From Nitrospirota bacterium (lineage in GTDB: Bacteria; Nitrospirota; Nitrospiria; Nitrospirales; NS-4), in NCBI GenBank assembly GCA_963788195.1, contig CAWBGA010000015.1, positions 1 to 59,330 on the forward strand: a stretch of 59,330 bases of DNA, written 5' to 3'. Below the pieces are notes generated by a model, which did not search any database, was not told the origin of the DNA, and was given only the letters and a program-made list of their open reading frames with translations. The first letter of the stretch is position 1; each line of letters starts with the position of its first letter. Positions 57,128-59,330 of the stretch are shown one piece after another. The position numbers were made by a program, and so were the translations under genes.

Positions 57128-58228
57128 ATGGACATCCAAGTTTCTTCGAAATTGCGGTTGGCGCTTGGTCTTATCGCCGCCCTGCTATTATGGCCGTCAG
57201 TCAACTTTGGCCAGGTGGCTACTTCGTATAGCGGGGACGGGGTCGCAGGCAAAGGCACCATCGGCGGGACCACGTTTGAGTTCGACCATCTCAACCTTCC
57301 GACTACAGGGGGCACGTATGACTCTACAGTAGCGGTGGGCAAGTCGTTCCCTAGTGGAGCTGTGCCGCCTGCGGTGTGTATCAACTGTCATGAAGGCGAG
57401 ATGACCTTTACGTCGGTCCAGGGGACTGGCCTGTCCAGCTTGACGGAAGCGGACGTGGGTGGGGCGGTGCTGTTGATTGGGGGCCATACGATCCGCGTGA
57501 GCACGATGTTCAACAGCACGTCCGCAAGCTGTCCGACGGCCTTTGAGCCGGCCGGGACCGTTTGGAATGGCGGTGTATCCTACCTCAACATTGATCCCGA
57601 GGGACCCGATTTGTCGGTCGTTGCGACTGGCATCACGGATTATCAGACATTCCCGCTGGGAGTAGTTGGAACCGACGGCAAAGGAGCCGACGGCACCGTG
57701 AGCGTGAACCGGGTCGCGAGTCGCTCAGAGATCGCCGCCGGGGCCGATCTCGTGGTCAATAGCATCCAGGTAGACATGAAAAACGGGGATCAGGTCGTGA
57801 TCGGTTCATCCCATGCCGGCGTGATGTGCCCCTCAGCGCCGGATGGGGGTGGAGTGCCAGGAGGATGTCCGGGCAAGGTGACCGGCGGCGGGCTATTTAT
57901 GCTCGGTGGAAAACGCCAGACCTTTGGCTTTGTGGCCGGCACCAAGAAGGACGGCACGGCGTTTGGAAACTTCAACTATGTCAATCATGGCACGGGCGCC
58001 CATCTGCAGGGCAGTGTGCAGAGTGTCAGCATCAATACCAAGACTGCGACGATCACCGGGACACTAAAGGCGGGCGAGCCGTATACGCTCGTGGTGGTAG
58101 ACAACGGCGAGCCAGGGCGGGCGGATACCTTCAATCTCACGTCGACGCCGCTCACGACAGGCGGGCCGATCGCGTTGGACCCCCGTGGTGGCAACATCCA
58201 GGTTCATCGAGGCTGTAGTAAAAAGTAG
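57128..58228 (+). CDS. Secreted beta-rich protein (choice-of-anchor-P-like plus post-COAP-1-like domain), paralog 1
   Basis: AGGAG RBS, signal peptide. C-terminal domain GKVTGGG...TFGF...VVDNGEPGRADTF...GGNIQVH. Confidence 0.7.
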   Translation: MDIQVSSKLRLALGLIAALLLWPSVNFGQVATSYSGDGVAGKGTIGGTTFEFDHLNLPTTGGTYDSTVAVGKSFPSGAVPPAVCINCHEGEMTFTSVQGTGLSSLTEADVGGAVLLIGGHTIRVSTMFNSTSASCPTAFEPAGTVWNGGVSYLNIDPEGPDLSVVATGITDYQTFPLGVVGTDGKGADGTVSVNRVASRSEIAAGADLVVNSIQVDMKNGDQVVIGSSHAGVMCPSAPDGGGVPGGCPGKVTGGGLFMLGGKRQTFGFVAGTKKDGTAFGNFNYVNHGTGAHLQGSVQSVSINTKTATITGTLKAGEPYTLVVVDNGEPGRADTFNLTSTPLTTGGPIALDPRGGNIQVHRGCSKK

Positions 58229-58262
58229 AATGCTCCGGGCTAAGTACAATATCTGCACCATC

Positions 58263-59330
58263 GTGGACGCCCTAGATTTTTCTAAATTGCGGGTGGGTCT
58301 TGGGGTTATGGCCGGCCTGCTGTTATGGCCTGCGGTTAATTTTGCCCAGGTGGCCATTTCGTATAGTGGGGATGCGGTGGGGAGCAAAGGCTTCGCTGGC
58401 GGCACCGCCTTTGAGGTCGACCATCTCGCGCTGCCGAGTACCGGCGCCGGCGGCTCCTTTATGGGTACATCAGCAGGGAGCAAACCTTTGGCTGGTCTGG
58501 TCTGTCACAATTGTGGGGATAGAGAGAGGACCTTTTTGTCGGTGCAGGGGAGCGGTCTGTCAAGCTTGACAGAGACCGACGTGGATTCCGTAGTACTGCG
58601 CATCGGGGGCCATACCATCCTGGTGCACGGCCTGTCTAACGCGACGTCCGCCTTTTGTCCCACCATTTTGGGTGAACCGGCGCGGGTCAATTGGAATGCC
58701 CATGTGGGTTCCGTCAGCATTGATCCTGAATCACCTACTTTGTCTTTTCTTGCGTCCGGCATTATGGATTCTCAGACATTCCCACTGGGAAAAGGTGGAA
58801 TCGACGGTACCGTGAAAGTGAATCGGGTGGCGAGCAAGTCTGAGATTGCGGCGGGGGCGGATGTCGTGGTCAATAGCATTCAGGTCGACATGGCAAGCGG
58901 GGATCAGGTCGTGATCGGGTCTTCGCATGCCGGCGTCATGTGTCCCTCAGCGCCGGAGGTGGGGGCGCGAGGCTGTCCGGGCAAGGTGACGGGCGGCGGC
59001 GTCTTCGTGCTGAACGGGAAGCGCCAGACCTTTGGATTCGTCGCGGGCATCAAGAAAGACGGCACGGCGTTTGGAAACTTCAACTATGTCAATCACGGCA
59101 AGAGCGAGCATTTGCAGGGCGATGTACAGCGTGTCAGCATCGATAGCAATACAGCAATGATTACCGGCAAGCTGAAGACGGGCGGCCCCTATGCGTTCGT
59201 GGTGGTCGACAGCCCCAAAGGGCAGGCGGACACCTTTAGCCTGACCTCGGGACCAGTGAGCACCGGCAAAACACCGATCGCCTTGGACCCCCGTGGCGGC
59301 AACATCCAGCTCCATAAGGGGTGTGGTAAG
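58263..59330 (+). CDS. Secreted paralog 2 (3'-truncated by window edge; missing from the ORF track)
   Basis: Open frame from ATG 58230 or GTG 58263 to the window end. Colinear with paralog 1 (SKLR..LLLWPAVNFAQVA..GKVTGGG..GGNIQLHKGCGK). Confidence 0.8.
   Translation, partial: MDALDFSKLRVGLGVMAGLLLWPAVNFAQVAISYSGDAVGSKGFAGGTAFEVDHLALPSTGAGGSFMGTSAGSKPLAGLVCHNCGDRERTFLSVQGSGLSSLTETDVDSVVLRIGGHTILVHGLSNATSAFCPTILGEPARVNWNAHVGSVSIDPESPTLSFLASGIMDSQTFPLGKGGIDGTVKVNRVASKSEIAAGADVVVNSIQVDMASGDQVVIGSSHAGVMCPSAPEVGARGCPGKVTGGGVFVLNGKRQTFGFVAGIKKDGTAFGNFNYVNHGKSEHLQGDVQRVSIDSNTAMITGKLKTGGPYAFVVVDSPKGQADTFSLTSGPVSTGKTPIALDPRGGNIQLHKGCGK

Noticed and set aside
57377..57391. CINCH as a heme c binding site
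   Set aside because: The adjacent paralog has CHNCG at the same position and the fold looks all-beta, so a disulfide is more likely.

Overview
Bacterial chromosomal segment, GC-rich, probably Nitrospirota-like (inferred from gene order and protein style, not verified). (1) 1-18228: heavy-metal region with a CusB/CusA-type RND pair whose CusA runs in frame into a TPR lipoprotein, a c-type cytochrome, a His-rich RAPP-motif leader in front of a CzcCBA-type pump, a DUF4396-multicopper oxidase fusion, several envelope proteins and a cardiolipin synthase. (2) 18460-39162: mostly core genes: uvrC, a small accessory block, yebC-ruvA-ruvB, then pheA-hisC-aroF-tyrA-aroA-cmk-plsC-rpsA-sppA-ihfB and a PCP_red-repeat protein. 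Five genes between 28.9 and 34.3 kb carry indels, most likely sequencing error. (3) 39163-46950: a plastic island and the most interesting part. Three copies of a ~110-bp module (TTGACA-N17-GAGAAT promoter plus an attI-like site ending in GTTAGSC) each lead into a different integron-type gene cassette with a matching inverse core site; one has a complete 58-bp attC. No integron integrase is present in the window. The modules are interleaved with GGGGACWGGC hairpins (one split by an IS30), a duplicated cassette, a sigma54/PEP-CTERM gene and a ParDE-like TA pair. One cassette looks like a Bell-domain/amyloid-motif protein. (4) 47032-59330: housekeeping and envelope genes (glycerate kinase, lytic transglycosylase, UDG, an MCE/Mla-like ABC operon with a degenerate ATPase, transaldolase) and a tandem pair of secreted paralogs. 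No rRNA, tRNA or CRISPR array was seen. All family assignments come from motif recognition, not database searches.
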